Below, piece after piece: positions 9,276-18,763 of a stretch of 64,000 nt of DNA (position 1 is the first letter of the stretch; the number at the start of each line of letters is the position of its first letter). Where the stretch lies: the NCBI GenBank assembly GCA_024875585.1, contig GCA_024875585.1_4107.1; one strand, given 5' to 3'. Source of the DNA: a phage. Position numbers and translations under genes: made by a program. The notes beneath the pieces are model-generated. The model was not told the origin of the DNA, searched no databases, and saw nothing but the letters and a program-made list of their open reading frames with translations.

Positions 9276-9283
9276 GCTAAAAT
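9254..9283 (+). promoter_or_regulatory. candidate promoter TTGACT-N18-TAAAAT embedded in terminator
   Basis: same cassette architecture as 5858..5887. Confidence 0.4.
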
Positions 9284-9311
9284 TCTTTCATCGAAACGTG
9301 AGGATGAATAC

Positions 9312-9827
9312 ATGACACGCATTAACTTAGTACACGTTAAAGAACTTGCAGACCAACATCTGATGGCTGAATATCGTGAACTACCACGTGTATTTGGTGC
9401 TGTACAAAAACACGTTCAAGCATGTAAGCGTGTACGTGATTTCAAAATTAACAGTACTTATCTGTTAGGTTCAGGTCATGTGACATTCTTTTACGACAAG
9501 TTGCTGTACTTACAGAAGCGTCATATCGATATTGTCAACGAATGTTTGCGTCGTGGTATGAAGATTCAAAATACTGAAGTAAACGACATTAGCAGCTTCC
9601 CTGCTGAGTTTTGTAATGACTATGTACCATCGGAGTCAGAGATTGAAATGTCTCGTAAGCGTTTGATTGAGAAGCTTCAGATGAAGCCTACGTGGTATAA
9701 GTTTACTGATGTTGAATGTCCACAGTACGTTACAGATATGCTGAACGTAAGTAGTAAGTTCGAATATAGTACGGCTATGTTAGACGAAATTGAAGAACAA
9801 ATCAAAGATGAAATGAATAATTATTAA
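9312..9827 (+). CDS. denV: pyrimidine-dimer DNA glycosylase / endonuclease V (T4 DenV homologue)
   Basis: N-terminus [31 protein letters not shown] nearly matches T4 DenV as I recall it; [14 protein letters not shown]. Confidence 0.85.
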   Translation: MTRINLVHVKELADQHLMAEYRELPRVFGAVQKHVQACKRVRDFKINSTYLLGSGHVTFFYDKLLYLQKRHIDIVNECLRRGMKIQNTEVNDISSFPAEFCNDYVPSESEIEMSRKRLIEKLQMKPTWYKFTDVECPQYVTDMLNVSSKFEYSTAMLDEIEEQIKDEMNNY

Positions 9828-9865
9828 AGGAAAGGATTGACTTCGGTCACATAAAGGAACATAAC

Positions 9866-10060
9866 ATGTTATTAGTATATTCAAAGCGTTTCTGGATTTC
9901 TTTTATTGTACTATCGCTAATCGGCTTCGGTGTGAGTATACTCTTTTCGTGGGATGAATTGGGCACATGGTATTATGAAGTCCCGTGGTACATGAAGATA
10001 GCTCCTTGTTACGCGGCATTGTTCGTATCATTCCTTATTGTTGTCTTCAGCGAGGATTAG
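9866..10060 (+). CDS. small membrane protein (64 aa)
   Basis: two hydrophobic segments; SD AAGGAA. Confidence 0.5.
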   Translation: MLLVYSKRFWISFIVLSLIGFGVSILFSWDELGTWYYEVPWYMKIAPCYAALFVSFLIVVFSED

Positions 10061-10112
10061 TTGATGTAGTATGTTCTACATCAAAAGTATTTGGATATTT
10101 GAGATATAAACA

Positions 10113-10141
10113 TTGACACATGTTCTATCTTTCTGTATTAT
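10113..10141 (+). promoter_or_regulatory. sigma70-like promoter TTGACA-N17-TATTAT
   Basis: hexamers upstream of 10168 gene. Confidence 0.5.
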
Positions 10142-10167
10142 GTACATCACCAAATGAGGAATACAAC

Positions 10168-10527
10168 ATGGCATCTTTAAGTGAAATCGCGGAATACAAT
10201 CCACTAACAATCTCAACAATTCAACGTACAAAAACTTTTTATTTCCGTCCTGTTGATGGATGGAAACGTGGAATGAATAGTGACTATCGAGTACTGGAAG
10301 ATTCACTCATCGAGCGTATCAACTCTGAACTACAGAAGTATGAAGGTGTTAAAGTTGTACGTTCAACTTCTCGTTATTTTGAGTACTATATTGAGTCTTT
10401 AACAGTAAATGAAAACTCATCATCATCTGTGGATAACACTGATATTCTTCGTAATGCAGTTGGTCTGTTATGCAACATTGCAGAAGAAATGGGATTAACT
10501 ATCACAACAATGAGTGAAATAGAATAA
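10168..10527 (+). CDS. hypothetical protein (119 aa)
   Basis: ATG 7 nt after SD GAGGA; track start 10120 lies in promoter. Confidence 0.6.
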   Translation: MASLSEIAEYNPLTISTIQRTKTFYFRPVDGWKRGMNSDYRVLEDSLIERINSELQKYEGVKVVRSTSRYFEYYIESLTVNENSSSSVDNTDILRNAVGLLCNIAEEMGLTITTMSEIE

Positions 10528-10534
10528 CAAAAAA

Positions 10535-10559
10535 GGGTTGACTTTAGTCAGCCCTTTTT
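10535..10559 (+). terminator. rho-independent terminator (GGGTTGAC-UUUA-GTCAGCCC + T5)
   Basis: hairpin + T-tract. Confidence 0.65.
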
Positions 10560-10567
10560 GCTATAAT
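10538..10567 (+). promoter_or_regulatory. candidate promoter TTGACT-N18-TATAAT embedded in terminator
   Basis: perfect TATAAT at 10562..10567. Confidence 0.45.
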
Positions 10568-10595
10568 CATTTCATCAACTGATGAGGATAACGAA

Positions 10596-11369
10596 ATGAA
10601 CCGTACAGAGAAAGCACTCCAAATTGAAAAGAACTTCAACTCCATGATGGCAGCACTGGAATGTCTTCTTGATACACAAACTAACTCGATCAACTCGCTG
10701 ATCGTTTCTGGTAAAGGTGGTGTTGGTAAAACTTACAATGTTGACCAACGGTTACAGAAAGCTGATGACAACTTTGAAATCGACTACAAGAAAATCAGTG
10801 GTAAAGTAACTACTGTAGGTCTGTACGAAGCACTGTATCGTTCACGTCATGCTGCTTCAGTACTGTTACTTGACGACGTTGATATCTTCTCTGATGAAAC
10901 GAATATTGATTTGCTTAAAGCTGTATTGGATACTTCTGAGAAGCGTGTAGTGTCTTATGCTACATCTGCGAAGTACCTGGAACAGCAGGGTATCCCTAAA
11001 CAGTTTGAATTCCGTGGTAAAGTAATCTTTCTGACTAACAAAAATCTGTCACAGATTGCTAAAGGTAAAAGCAGTTTAGCACCACACATTGATGCACTGA
11101 TTACTCGTAGTATCTTTGTTGACCTGCAACTGTTCACCAACGAAGAAGTTATGATTCACATTGAGAATATCATGAACAAAACTAACATCCTTGAGAACAA
11201 TGGTGTTAACAAAAATGGTTGTAAAGCAATTTTGAACTGGATGTTGAGTAATGAAGATCGTCTGCGTTCACCTTCACTGCGTATGCCAGTACTGATCGCT
11301 GGACTGTATAATAAATTCCCATATGATTGGGAGTCAATGGCAGAGAATATGTTCCTTGAGAAAAATTGA
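10596..11369 (+). CDS. P-loop NTPase, AAA+-like (257 aa)
   Basis: Walker A GKGGVGKT, Walker B LLLDDVD about 50 aa later, sensor-1-like FLTNKN. Confidence 0.55.
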   Translation: MNRTEKALQIEKNFNSMMAALECLLDTQTNSINSLIVSGKGGVGKTYNVDQRLQKADDNFEIDYKKISGKVTTVGLYEALYRSRHAASVLLLDDVDIFSDETNIDLLKAVLDTSEKRVVSYATSAKYLEQQGIPKQFEFRGKVIFLTNKNLSQIAKGKSSLAPHIDALITRSIFVDLQLFTNEEVMIHIENIMNKTNILENNGVNKNGCKAILNWMLSNEDRLRSPSLRMPVLIAGLYNKFPYDWESMAENMFLEKN

Positions 11370-11425
11370 TCACGAGCATTAACCGAACTAACAATGTGTA
11401 GTATTTAATTTACTGGAGACACCCA

Positions 11426-11767
11426 ATGTGTGAGTTTTTTGAATCTAATATAATGCTTGGTATTACATTGATATACATGTATGTATTCTTGTTTTATCAT
11501 TCAATTGTAATTAGTCTTTGGTATTTTAAAAGGAAAATGGTTTTTAAATTATATTCATATGATAATGTATTCTTAGTTATATATAGTATCATACAAGGTG
11601 GGTTTGTTCTATTTGGTATTATGACGTATGTGATTTATAGATTACAAATTGATAACACACCATACATTACACAATATGTTGTGTTTTCAGGACTAATCGT
11701 ATGGTTATTGGTGTGTATAATTTATTTTATAATTAAAGCTCGTGATAAAATTAAAGGGGATTTCTAA
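11426..11767 (+). CDS. small membrane protein, family M paralogue
   Basis: LWYFKRKMVFKLY core; C-terminal ARDKIKGDF. Confidence 0.6.
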   Translation: MCEFFESNIMLGITLIYMYVFLFYHSIVISLWYFKRKMVFKLYSYDNVFLVIYSIIQGGFVLFGIMTYVIYRLQIDNTPYITQYVVFSGLIVWLLVCIIYFIIKARDKIKGDF

Positions 11768-12105
11768 TGTTAGAATTTTTTAAATCAGATGTGATGCTTA
11801 GTATTACATTGATTTATATGTTTGGTTTTTTATTTTATCATCTACTAGTTGTAGTTCTATGGTATTTTAAAAAGAAAATAGTTTTCAAACTGTATCCACC
11901 TAGTAACATTTTATTGTTTCTTTACACACTTATTCAAGGTATGTTTGTTATTATTGGTGTTATCACACACTTAATCTATTGTTATAATCCACATTTAAAA
12001 TCAATAACACAATATATTGTTTTCTTTGGGTTGTTCATTTGGTTAATTATATACTTAATTGAACTCATTATTCATAGTAGAGAAAAAATTCGTGGAGACT
12101 TCTAA
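11767..12105 (+). CDS. small membrane protein, family M paralogue
   Basis: near-duplicate of 11426 gene; TAATG coupling; C-terminal REKIRGDF. Confidence 0.65.
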   Translation: MLEFFKSDVMLSITLIYMFGFLFYHLLVVVLWYFKKKIVFKLYPPSNILLFLYTLIQGMFVIIGVITHLIYCYNPHLKSITQYIVFFGLFIWLIIYLIELIIHSREKIRGDF

Positions 12106-12452
12106 TGTTTGAAGCTTATCTTGATTTTTTAAGAAATAGTCCAGTTGCACATTCACTTGCAGGAATTATACTAACAACTTATATCACATTTTGGGGAGTT
12201 ATGTTTCTAGGATGGTATTTTAAACGACAATTCTATAAACGTAATGGCGAACATTTTATGAATTCTGTCATTAATCAATCGTTGTTTGCATCAACATTTA
12301 TAGCATCTATTTTAGCCATACTCACAGGAAAGGTTCTGCCAGCGTATTCAGTAACTTACGGAACACTTTGGATGATATGTTTAACTTTTATATTGACCAT
12401 TAAAATTTGTTGTGTTATGATTGAACTTCGAAATAAGATACCGGAGGAATGA
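12105..12452 (+). CDS. small membrane protein, family M paralogue
   Basis: TAATG coupling; C-terminal RNKIPEE. Confidence 0.6.
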   Translation: MFEAYLDFLRNSPVAHSLAGIILTTYITFWGVMFLGWYFKRQFYKRNGEHFMNSVINQSLFASTFIASILAILTGKVLPAYSVTYGTLWMICLTFILTIKICCVMIELRNKIPEE

Positions 12453-12787
12453 TGGAGTATTTTATTGATTTACTGCCGTGGTATATGAAAGTGAGTATTT
12501 TATACTATATTATTAGTACTGGATTCTACTTCCTGATGTGGTTTTTTAAACGACCAATTTCAGTGTACATTGCTAATAACATGCTGCAATTAAAATTACA
12601 CGCATGGTTTTTTATGGCGATGTTTATGCCTATTATTCACTACTCAATGATTAGTATAGGTTTACGTTCTAATGGTGAACCAATTGTATTAGTATTCTAT
12701 TGGGGTTCAACTATAGTATATTTCGGTTTGCTATTGTTCCCCATCATTCATAAATTACGTGCTAAAGTTCCTGATGCGAGGTATTAA
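12449..12787 (+). CDS. small membrane protein, family M paralogue
   Basis: ATGA coupling; C-terminal LRAKVPDARY. Confidence 0.6.
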   Translation: MMEYFIDLLPWYMKVSILYYIISTGFYFLMWFFKRPISVYIANNMLQLKLHAWFFMAMFMPIIHYSMISIGLRSNGEPIVLVFYWGSTIVYFGLLLFPIIHKLRAKVPDARY

Positions 12788-13101
12788 TGGATATCGTAAC
12801 ATTGATCTACACGTTGTATTCATTCTATTTCATTATGTGTTGGGTTGGATTTTTATTTGTACTCAAGATGTTTGATTATGTTGAAAAACAGATAAAAGAT
12901 TTTTGTATTCCTTTTATCGGTTCAACCATTATTAGTGTTTCTTGTGTTTATTTTTTAGTGTTTGATCCACCAGATAACACTGCGATGATTGACTTCATGT
13001 TACTACCAACCACTGTAATTTTTTTATGTAGTCTGATGCCACCTATTAGTCGTGGATTAACTGAATTTAGACGCAAACAAAAGCGTAAAAGAGGGATGTA
13101 A
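12787..13101 (+). CDS. small membrane protein, family M paralogue
   Basis: TAATG coupling; basic C-terminal tail. Confidence 0.55.
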   Translation: MDIVTLIYTLYSFYFIMCWVGFLFVLKMFDYVEKQIKDFCIPFIGSTIISVSCVYFLVFDPPDNTAMIDFMLLPTTVIFLCSLMPPISRGLTEFRRKQKRKRGM

Positions 13102-13469
13102 TGGAAATTGCTCTTATTATCTTAACTGCTATGCTGTTTATTAGTACATTGGTTATAATTGGCAAATTCTTTTGTGTATCATTTTTAGAAACGGTATACG
13201 ATGAAATTGCTGATGATTATGAATTACACGCCGGATTTTTCATTACGTATTGGCTTAGTTTATTTTGTCTAGTCATTGTTTGGATTTTACATATCTTTAA
13301 ATGGGGTATGGTGGACGGTGATCCTATCATGGCAATTATTGTTCTAGTGTTTGGTATCCTAGGTGGTGCAGTACATAATATGATGGTTATTTGGCAAACT
13401 GTTCAATGTGTATTGGTTCCTTATTTCGAAAAAATGCACAGTACAATTAAAAAACGTAAACGAGGTTAG
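13101..13469 (+). CDS. small membrane protein, family M paralogue
   Basis: TAATG coupling; basic C-terminal tail KKRKRG. Confidence 0.55.
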   Translation: MEIALIILTAMLFISTLVIIGKFFCVSFLETVYDEIADDYELHAGFFITYWLSLFCLVIVWILHIFKWGMVDGDPIMAIIVLVFGILGGAVHNMMVIWQTVQCVLVPYFEKMHSTIKKRKRG

Positions 13470-13470
13470 T

Positions 13471-13833
13471 ATGAACGGGATTGAATTATCTTTCATTGGT
13501 CAAATACTAGTAATGGTGAATACTTTCTTTTTCTCACTTATTGCATTAATGTGCATTGGAAAGTATTTTCATAAACAACCATTCTCAAATTTATATGATG
13601 TAATAAAAAAGAAATATAGTCCTGCACATAGTGTACTTATTTGCAGTTTCAATTTTGGTTTTGTTGTATTAATAATTGGATTGTTAACATCAACGTCAAA
13701 TGTAATGATCTTCGGTCTTATGATCTGTTCATTGGTATTAGCAGTAATTGTATGTTGTTTAGTACTGCACCTTGTAGTACTATTATATATAAAGCTCGTT
13801 GAAATCCATCAACGTTTAGGTATGAGGAAATAA
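13471..13833 (+). CDS. small membrane protein, family M-like
   Basis: ATG after SD GAGGT (track start 13408 is internal to previous gene); hydrophobic. Confidence 0.5.
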   Translation: MNGIELSFIGQILVMVNTFFFSLIALMCIGKYFHKQPFSNLYDVIKKKYSPAHSVLICSFNFGFVVLIIGLLTSTSNVMIFGLMICSLVLAVIVCCLVLHLVVLLYIKLVEIHQRLGMRK

Positions 13834-13834
13834 T

Positions 13835-14206
13835 ATGAGTTACCGTGAGATATTTTCCATTATTTCAATTATTATGTTCAGTGCTGGGACATTGGTGTGG
13901 GTATTATATTTTTTCTGTGTATCACCAGTGTATAATATGTTATGTAATATTAAATCAAGTTCTGGATATATGACTTTTATGATCTTTATGGGATATTATT
14001 GTCTAAGCATTTTAGGTGTTGTTTTGGTTGTTATATTTGATGTAGGGCCAAATAAGGATGGTCTGAAAATGTATGAGTTAATAACTATGTTTGGGTGTAT
14101 GATACCAACTGCACTAATGTTTGTAGCTATTGGTGCTGGATGTATAAAGTTATACAATTATTTAAAATCCATTCATCATTCCATTCATAATAAACGTATG
14201 TCATAA
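13835..14206 (+). CDS. small membrane protein, family M-like
   Basis: SD GAGGAAA; hydrophobic; basic C-terminus. Confidence 0.5.
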   Translation: MSYREIFSIISIIMFSAGTLVWVLYFFCVSPVYNMLCNIKSSSGYMTFMIFMGYYCLSILGVVLVVIFDVGPNKDGLKMYELITMFGCMIPTALMFVAIGAGCIKLYNYLKSIHHSIHNKRMS

Positions 14207-14247
14207 TAAAAATCCAGTACTGAATAGTACTGGACTAATAAGGAGTT

Positions 14248-14898
14248 ATGATGAAATCAAAATTAGGTTTGTTTTATGGAAACTACTTCATTAAACAGCG
14301 TAAATTCATAAAAAAATACTTCTCCACAGAGAAATCTAGTCCTATAATTTTTAAAAGACCAAAATATAATTTTTACTTAGCAGGTGCTAAACAGTCTAAG
14401 AAATTCATTACATTTTTAAATAAAAACAAAATTAAAGCTTCTTATGTTGAAACTAGAAAGAACTCATCGATAATTCCTGGTGATTTCATTGAATACGGAT
14501 GTTTCAATATTAAGTACAATGATAGCACATACTGTATGGATATTGATTGCAATACATCAAATCTTTTTAACATTGTAATAAATCCATCGAAACAATATAA
14601 TGTTTATGGTGATTCAATTATCAAATTAATAAAAAACAAAGATTGGTTTGATTTTGAAATAAATGTTTTAGATGAAAATTATGATGAAGTTCCAGTTAAC
14701 CCTGAAATATGTGATATATTAAACAGTTTAAAAGGTAGTAGCTACAATATACCATCTGATTTAATGTTTCAGTACTCTTTAATACATAAAGATATTGAAC
14801 ATTATATTGTGTGTGCTAAAATCTTGAATTATCTGTATGATGAATTTAAAATGAGTTCTAAAATAACAGCATATACTCTTTATAATATTTCTATATAA
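14248..14898 (+). CDS. hypothetical protein (216 aa)
   Basis: SD AAGGAG; basic N-terminus. Confidence 0.6.
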   Translation: MMKSKLGLFYGNYFIKQRKFIKKYFSTEKSSPIIFKRPKYNFYLAGAKQSKKFITFLNKNKIKASYVETRKNSSIIPGDFIEYGCFNIKYNDSTYCMDIDCNTSNLFNIVINPSKQYNVYGDSIIKLIKNKDWFDFEINVLDENYDEVPVNPEICDILNSLKGSSYNIPSDLMFQYSLIHKDIEHYIVCAKILNYLYDEFKMSSKITAYTLYNISI

Positions 14899-14911
14899 TT
14901 TAAAATATTAA

Positions 14912-14938
14912 AGCCAGTACGAGAGCACTGGCTTTAAT
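14912..14938. terminator. bidirectional terminator hairpin between convergent genes
   Basis: AAAGCCAGT-ACGAGAGC-ACTGGCTTT flanked by A/T runs. Confidence 0.5.
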
Positions 14939-14939
14939 A

Positions 14940-16085
14940 TTATTTTTTCCAAGGAAGTAACGAAGTTGGAATCTTGATAGGTATATTTGATGCAACAACA
15001 TCAGGAAAATTTGCATCTCCACAAACATACAAATTATCGATTTCGTCTATCAATAATGTATAGTTGTAACTTCTACAAAAACCACTTAAGACTCTTCCCT
15101 CTAATGCAGATAAATTCATTTCAGTGAATTGAGTGATATATGTTTCATTTGAACCAACACCACATTGACCATTAGCATTTATACCACAAGTAAGCAATTT
15201 ATTATTGTTTTGAATTACACATGATGGTCCAGCAAGGTTCGTACCTAGTTCACCTACAACATTAACTTCACCTTTTAATGATAAATTTGGGATCACTGTA
15301 CTCATTGGGACTCGAGATGTATTTCCGACACCTGCTTGCCCTGAGCCATTAGTGGATGCTACTTTAACAGTACCGTCATTAAGAAAAATATAAGATGTTT
15401 CGATTGTATTAACTGCTTGAGTAGCTGATGTTATTGACGTATCCTGTTTGAATTTAAGTACATTTGTCGTTGTTGAACCAGAGATAAATGTAGCACCTGC
15501 GTACCAATATGTTCCATCCTGGAGTACTAAACCAGTACTTCTAATTGAACACCCAGCACTTCGAACATTTTCTATATGACTATATGTAAAGGTTGATACG
15601 ATTGAAGATTCACCATTACCGAACACCCCACCAGTACCTGCACCACAGAAAAACCATTTACCGTTTTTCAAAAATACACGCATACAAGCAGAAATAACCA
15701 CACTATCAATATCACTTGCAGTTACACCAAAATCGGTAAAGAAATGAGTTATATCAATCCAATTACCACCAGTATTTGATGGGAGATGTGGAATTACAAC
15801 TCTAGTCCCTGTGTACCAGATTGTATCATCATCTTTAATAACAAGCGTACCTTGAACACCACCCCAATACCTGGTTACATTAGTATTAACAAGTGTCCAC
15901 TCATTAGATGATTCCGTTGAGCCATTACCACCTTGACCATATGATGATGAACCGCACCAGTATAAATTGCCATTTTTATTTAAATAAAATTTTGCATCAG
16001 CCGAACATTGTAATCTGTATTTGAATACAGTTTTTGGTGCTGGTGCAATATTTGCATACTTAATCATTCTTCCAAAAGGTAACAT
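14940..16085 (-). CDS. RCC1-like 7-bladed beta-propeller protein, paralogue 1 (381 aa)
   Basis: N-terminus MLPFGRMIKYAN; repeats YGQGGNG, FGNGES, GQAGVGN, GQCGVGS. Confidence 0.7.
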   Translation of the reverse strand: MLPFGRMIKYANIAPAPKTVFKYRLQCSADAKFYLNKNGNLYWCGSSSYGQGGNGSTESSNEWTLVNTNVTRYWGGVQGTLVIKDDDTIWYTGTRVVIPHLPSNTGGNWIDITHFFTDFGVTASDIDSVVISACMRVFLKNGKWFFCGAGTGGVFGNGESSIVSTFTYSHIENVRSAGCSIRSTGLVLQDGTYWYAGATFISGSTTTNVLKFKQDTSITSATQAVNTIETSYIFLNDGTVKVASTNGSGQAGVGNTSRVPMSTVIPNLSLKGEVNVVGELGTNLAGPSCVIQNNNKLLTCGINANGQCGVGSNETYITQFTEMNLSALEGRVLSGFCRSYNYTLLIDEIDNLYVCGDANFPDVVASNIPIKIPTSLLPWKK

Positions 16086-16110
16086 ATTTTCCTCCTTTAT
16101 TCATTATACT
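16086..16110 (-). promoter_or_regulatory. conserved RBS/-10 cassette (AGTATAATGAATAAAGGAGG)
   Basis: near-identical upstream block shared by all five paralogues; no clear -35. Confidence 0.45.
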
Positions 16111-16133
16111 GTATTTAACCCAATTAAGAAAAG

Positions 16134-16150
16134 CCAGTATCAAGTACTGG
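16134..16150 (-). terminator. intergenic hairpin CCAGTA-loop-TACTGG with flanking T-tract
   Basis: follows stop of 16158..17507. Confidence 0.45.
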
Positions 16151-16157
16151 TATTTTA

Positions 16158-17507
16158 TTATTGTAATGGAATTTCAGTGAGTGTTTTATATGTACTTCCG
16201 TTATACACCCCTCTCCAATATACTTTACCATCAGTACTAACCACTAATAATCCATATGTTGTAAACCCAAGAGTACCACCAACATACATAGCATCTTTGA
16301 TTCTAATACCAATGTCTTCATATGTAAATGACGCGACTGCACCCGCTTGCCATGACGGACTAGCGTAGTAATCACTATAAACACCATGTGCTTTATATAT
16401 TGATGTTGTTCCTGGTTCAAAAATTACAGTTCCACAGTAGTTCATTCGTATTTTAGTACTGGATGAAGTTGGTACATTTATACCCACGTCATCTTTTATC
16501 CCTGTGGTTAGAACGTTAAAACCCCCCGCCACACGGTTGACATCATTCTCACCGATTGAATACATACCAACGTTGTAGCCCATATAATACACACTAGAAC
16601 TTCCATTCCAGAAAGAAAAACCACCACCATTACCACAGCGATATAGTTGTGAATTTGAGCAGTACATCATACCTTCGTTTGTTGCATCAAATTCATCTGC
16701 TGTTCCGATCACAGCCACTGTAGTCCATGTTTTAATCACTTGGTTTGCACTAGCGGGTTTTTGAATACCATATCGTATATTATATCCTTTACCGACTATT
16801 GTACCATCTTCTAATTTGGCATAAAGTACAGGTCTATTACCAACAAAATACATATTATTGTGTGACATGTCTATTGTACGTCTTAATGAAACTACTTTTT
16901 TTGTCAATTGATTATCTTTAGTAAAAGACGTAAAGTAGTAATCCGATGTTGAATTGTTTATTAAACCTTGTATTGACAACCCCATATACCAGATTTCTCC
17001 CTTACTATTCAAAGATGCCAAAATACAACTATATTTTGAAGTGTATGTTGGGTTTACTGAAGTTGCTGGTCCTTTGTCATATCCACCACAGAATACCATC
17101 TCCACAACTTCACCTACGTTAGCAAAATAAGAAGATACATTGATAAAACCATTTGTTATAAAAGGTGCTGTATTTATACTTGAATGTGTGAATATCCCAT
17201 TTGCATATACACCACAAAAATGATATGAACCATCATTATCTTGGACTATTATTCCATTTGATAGTAACCAAAAATTGTTTACATTTTTTCTTACTAATTC
17301 GATTCCTGCCCCATTAGTTGGCGTTATACCAAAAGAAACATATTTTGTTTGACCAATTCCATATAAATTTCCATTTGATGCTAATATTGCACCAAACCAA
17401 TTACCACCACCATTCTTGTTATGACCCATACCTATAGAATCAAATTTCTTAACAGTAGGAGCTTGTACTTTGTTCCCATAATTCACCATTCTTCCAAAAG
17501 GTAACAT
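16158..17507 (-). CDS. RCC1-like beta-propeller protein, paralogue 2 (449 aa)
   Basis: N-terminus MLPFGRMVNYGN; Gly-rich repeats. Confidence 0.7.
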   Translation of the reverse strand: MLPFGRMVNYGNKVQAPTVKKFDSIGMGHNKNGGGNWFGAILASNGNLYGIGQTKYVSFGITPTNGAGIELVRKNVNNFWLLSNGIIVQDNDGSYHFCGVYANGIFTHSSINTAPFITNGFINVSSYFANVGEVVEMVFCGGYDKGPATSVNPTYTSKYSCILASLNSKGEIWYMGLSIQGLINNSTSDYYFTSFTKDNQLTKKVVSLRRTIDMSHNNMYFVGNRPVLYAKLEDGTIVGKGYNIRYGIQKPASANQVIKTWTTVAVIGTADEFDATNEGMMYCSNSQLYRCGNGGGFSFWNGSSSVYYMGYNVGMYSIGENDVNRVAGGFNVLTTGIKDDVGINVPTSSSTKIRMNYCGTVIFEPGTTSIYKAHGVYSDYYASPSWQAGAVASFTYEDIGIRIKDAMYVGGTLGFTTYGLLVVSTDGKVYWRGVYNGSTYKTLTEIPLQ

Positions 17508-17532
17508 ATTTCCCTCCTTTATTCATTATACT
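17508..17532 (-). promoter_or_regulatory. conserved RBS/-10 cassette
   Basis: TATAAT about 18 nt upstream of ATG, SD GGAGGGA. Confidence 0.45.
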
Positions 17533-17554
17533 ATATTTAATACTAAAAGAAAAA

Positions 17555-17573
17555 GCCAGTATCAAGTACTGGC
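17555..17573 (-). terminator. intergenic hairpin GCCAGTA-UCAAG-TACTGGC + T-tract
   Basis: follows stop of 17580..18689. Confidence 0.5.
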
Positions 17574-17579
17574 ATTATG

Positions 17580-18689
17580 TCATTTTGGTAAATTAATTTT
17601 AGTAAAGACTGCAACATCCTCGATTGCACCAGGAATTGCGTAATACGATCCAGTACTATATACATCTCCGTCTTTGGTTAATATTGATGTTAAACCATCA
17701 CTAAAAAGAACATCCCTAATCTCACTAACTTCAACGGGTAATTGTAAATTAGTAGCACTATATATTGCACCAGTTTGAGAATTGTTTAATCCCAAACCAC
17801 GGTTCGCCCCAACACCCTTCTGATATGTACTAGTAATTACCATTTGTGTAGCAGTATTTAAGGCAGGTGAATTCGTCATAAACAACGGTGAACTATTAGG
17901 CAAAGTACTTGCAGGAACTGCACGAAATGTAGTTGTATCTGAACTAAGAAAGTTTGGCGTTTGACCACATACGAAATATGATGTACCATTATAGTAATTA
18001 AATGCATTACCACCAATGACTGCATCGATTACACCAGAGCTACGTAATCCCCACGTGTTAATTTGTGTTCGGTTCCCCGTGCCATGCTGACCCCTGTCAT
18101 TCCACCCAGAACTATATAACTTATTATCTAATGTAATATACATACTGTCATTTGCATTCGTCATTACTTTACGCACATTAGTAGCACATTGAGTTAATGT
18201 GTAAATTGATGATGAACCAATACCTAAAGCACCACGATATCCATTAGCTCCTGCACCATAGAGTACTGAACTAGTGCTAAGTACAAATATTAAACCATAC
18301 GAACATACAATATTAGCAATTTCACTCACTGGTATAGCACTGGTAAACCAATTAGTTCTTTCAACTAATACTGTGCTGTAAGAAGTAGTTGTAGACGATG
18401 TGAACCAATATGTTTCCCCTGATGTCCATATAGTATTATCATTTTTAATAATAACAAGTGCACGATCACCTACGAAAAAATTAGAAACATCTGCACTTAC
18501 TAATATCCATGAAGATACCGTGTTTTTATTACCATTTCCAGATTCACCACCTTGATTTCTACCTATGTAATATAAATCATGTGAATCAGTTAATAAGAAT
18601 TGACCCTGTGTAGATGCACCAACTTTAATTATATTTTTAGGACCAGGTACAATATTCCCATAATCAAACATTCTTACAAAAGGTAACAT
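17580..18689 (-). CDS. RCC1-like beta-propeller protein, paralogue 3
   Basis: start set at conserved MLPFVRM (SD GGAG upstream); repeats GESGNGN, GALGIGS, GQHGTGN. Confidence 0.7.
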   Translation of the reverse strand: MLPFVRMFDYGNIVPGPKNIIKVGASTQGQFLLTDSHDLYYIGRNQGGESGNGNKNTVSSWILVSADVSNFFVGDRALVIIKNDNTIWTSGETYWFTSSTTTSYSTVLVERTNWFTSAIPVSEIANIVCSYGLIFVLSTSSVLYGAGANGYRGALGIGSSSIYTLTQCATNVRKVMTNANDSMYITLDNKLYSSGWNDRGQHGTGNRTQINTWGLRSSGVIDAVIGGNAFNYYNGTSYFVCGQTPNFLSSDTTTFRAVPASTLPNSSPLFMTNSPALNTATQMVITSTYQKGVGANRGLGLNNSQTGAIYSATNLQLPVEVSEIRDVLFSDGLTSILTKDGDVYSTGSYYAIPGAIEDVAVFTKINLPK

Positions 18690-18718
18690 AACTAAAATCT
18701 CCATATAATAATTATAAT
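18690..18718 (-). promoter_or_regulatory. RBS/-10 cassette variant
   Basis: TATAAT on minus strand about 22 nt upstream of ATG. Confidence 0.4.
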
Positions 18719-18732
18719 GTATTTACAAAAAA

Positions 18733-18760
18733 ATACCAGTACGTATTTCAGTACTGGTAT
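18733..18760 (-). terminator. intergenic hairpin ATACCAGTAC-loop-GTACTGGTAT + T-tract
   Basis: 10 bp stem after stop of 18764..19945. Confidence 0.55.
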
Positions 18761-18763
18761 CAT

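Noticed and set aside
16086-16128. T4-type late promoter (TATAAATA) upstream of the RCC1-like genes
   Set aside because: The conserved box reads AGTATAATGAATAAAGG, which matches a sigma70 -10 hexamer better than the T4 late motif. The promoter class is left unassigned.
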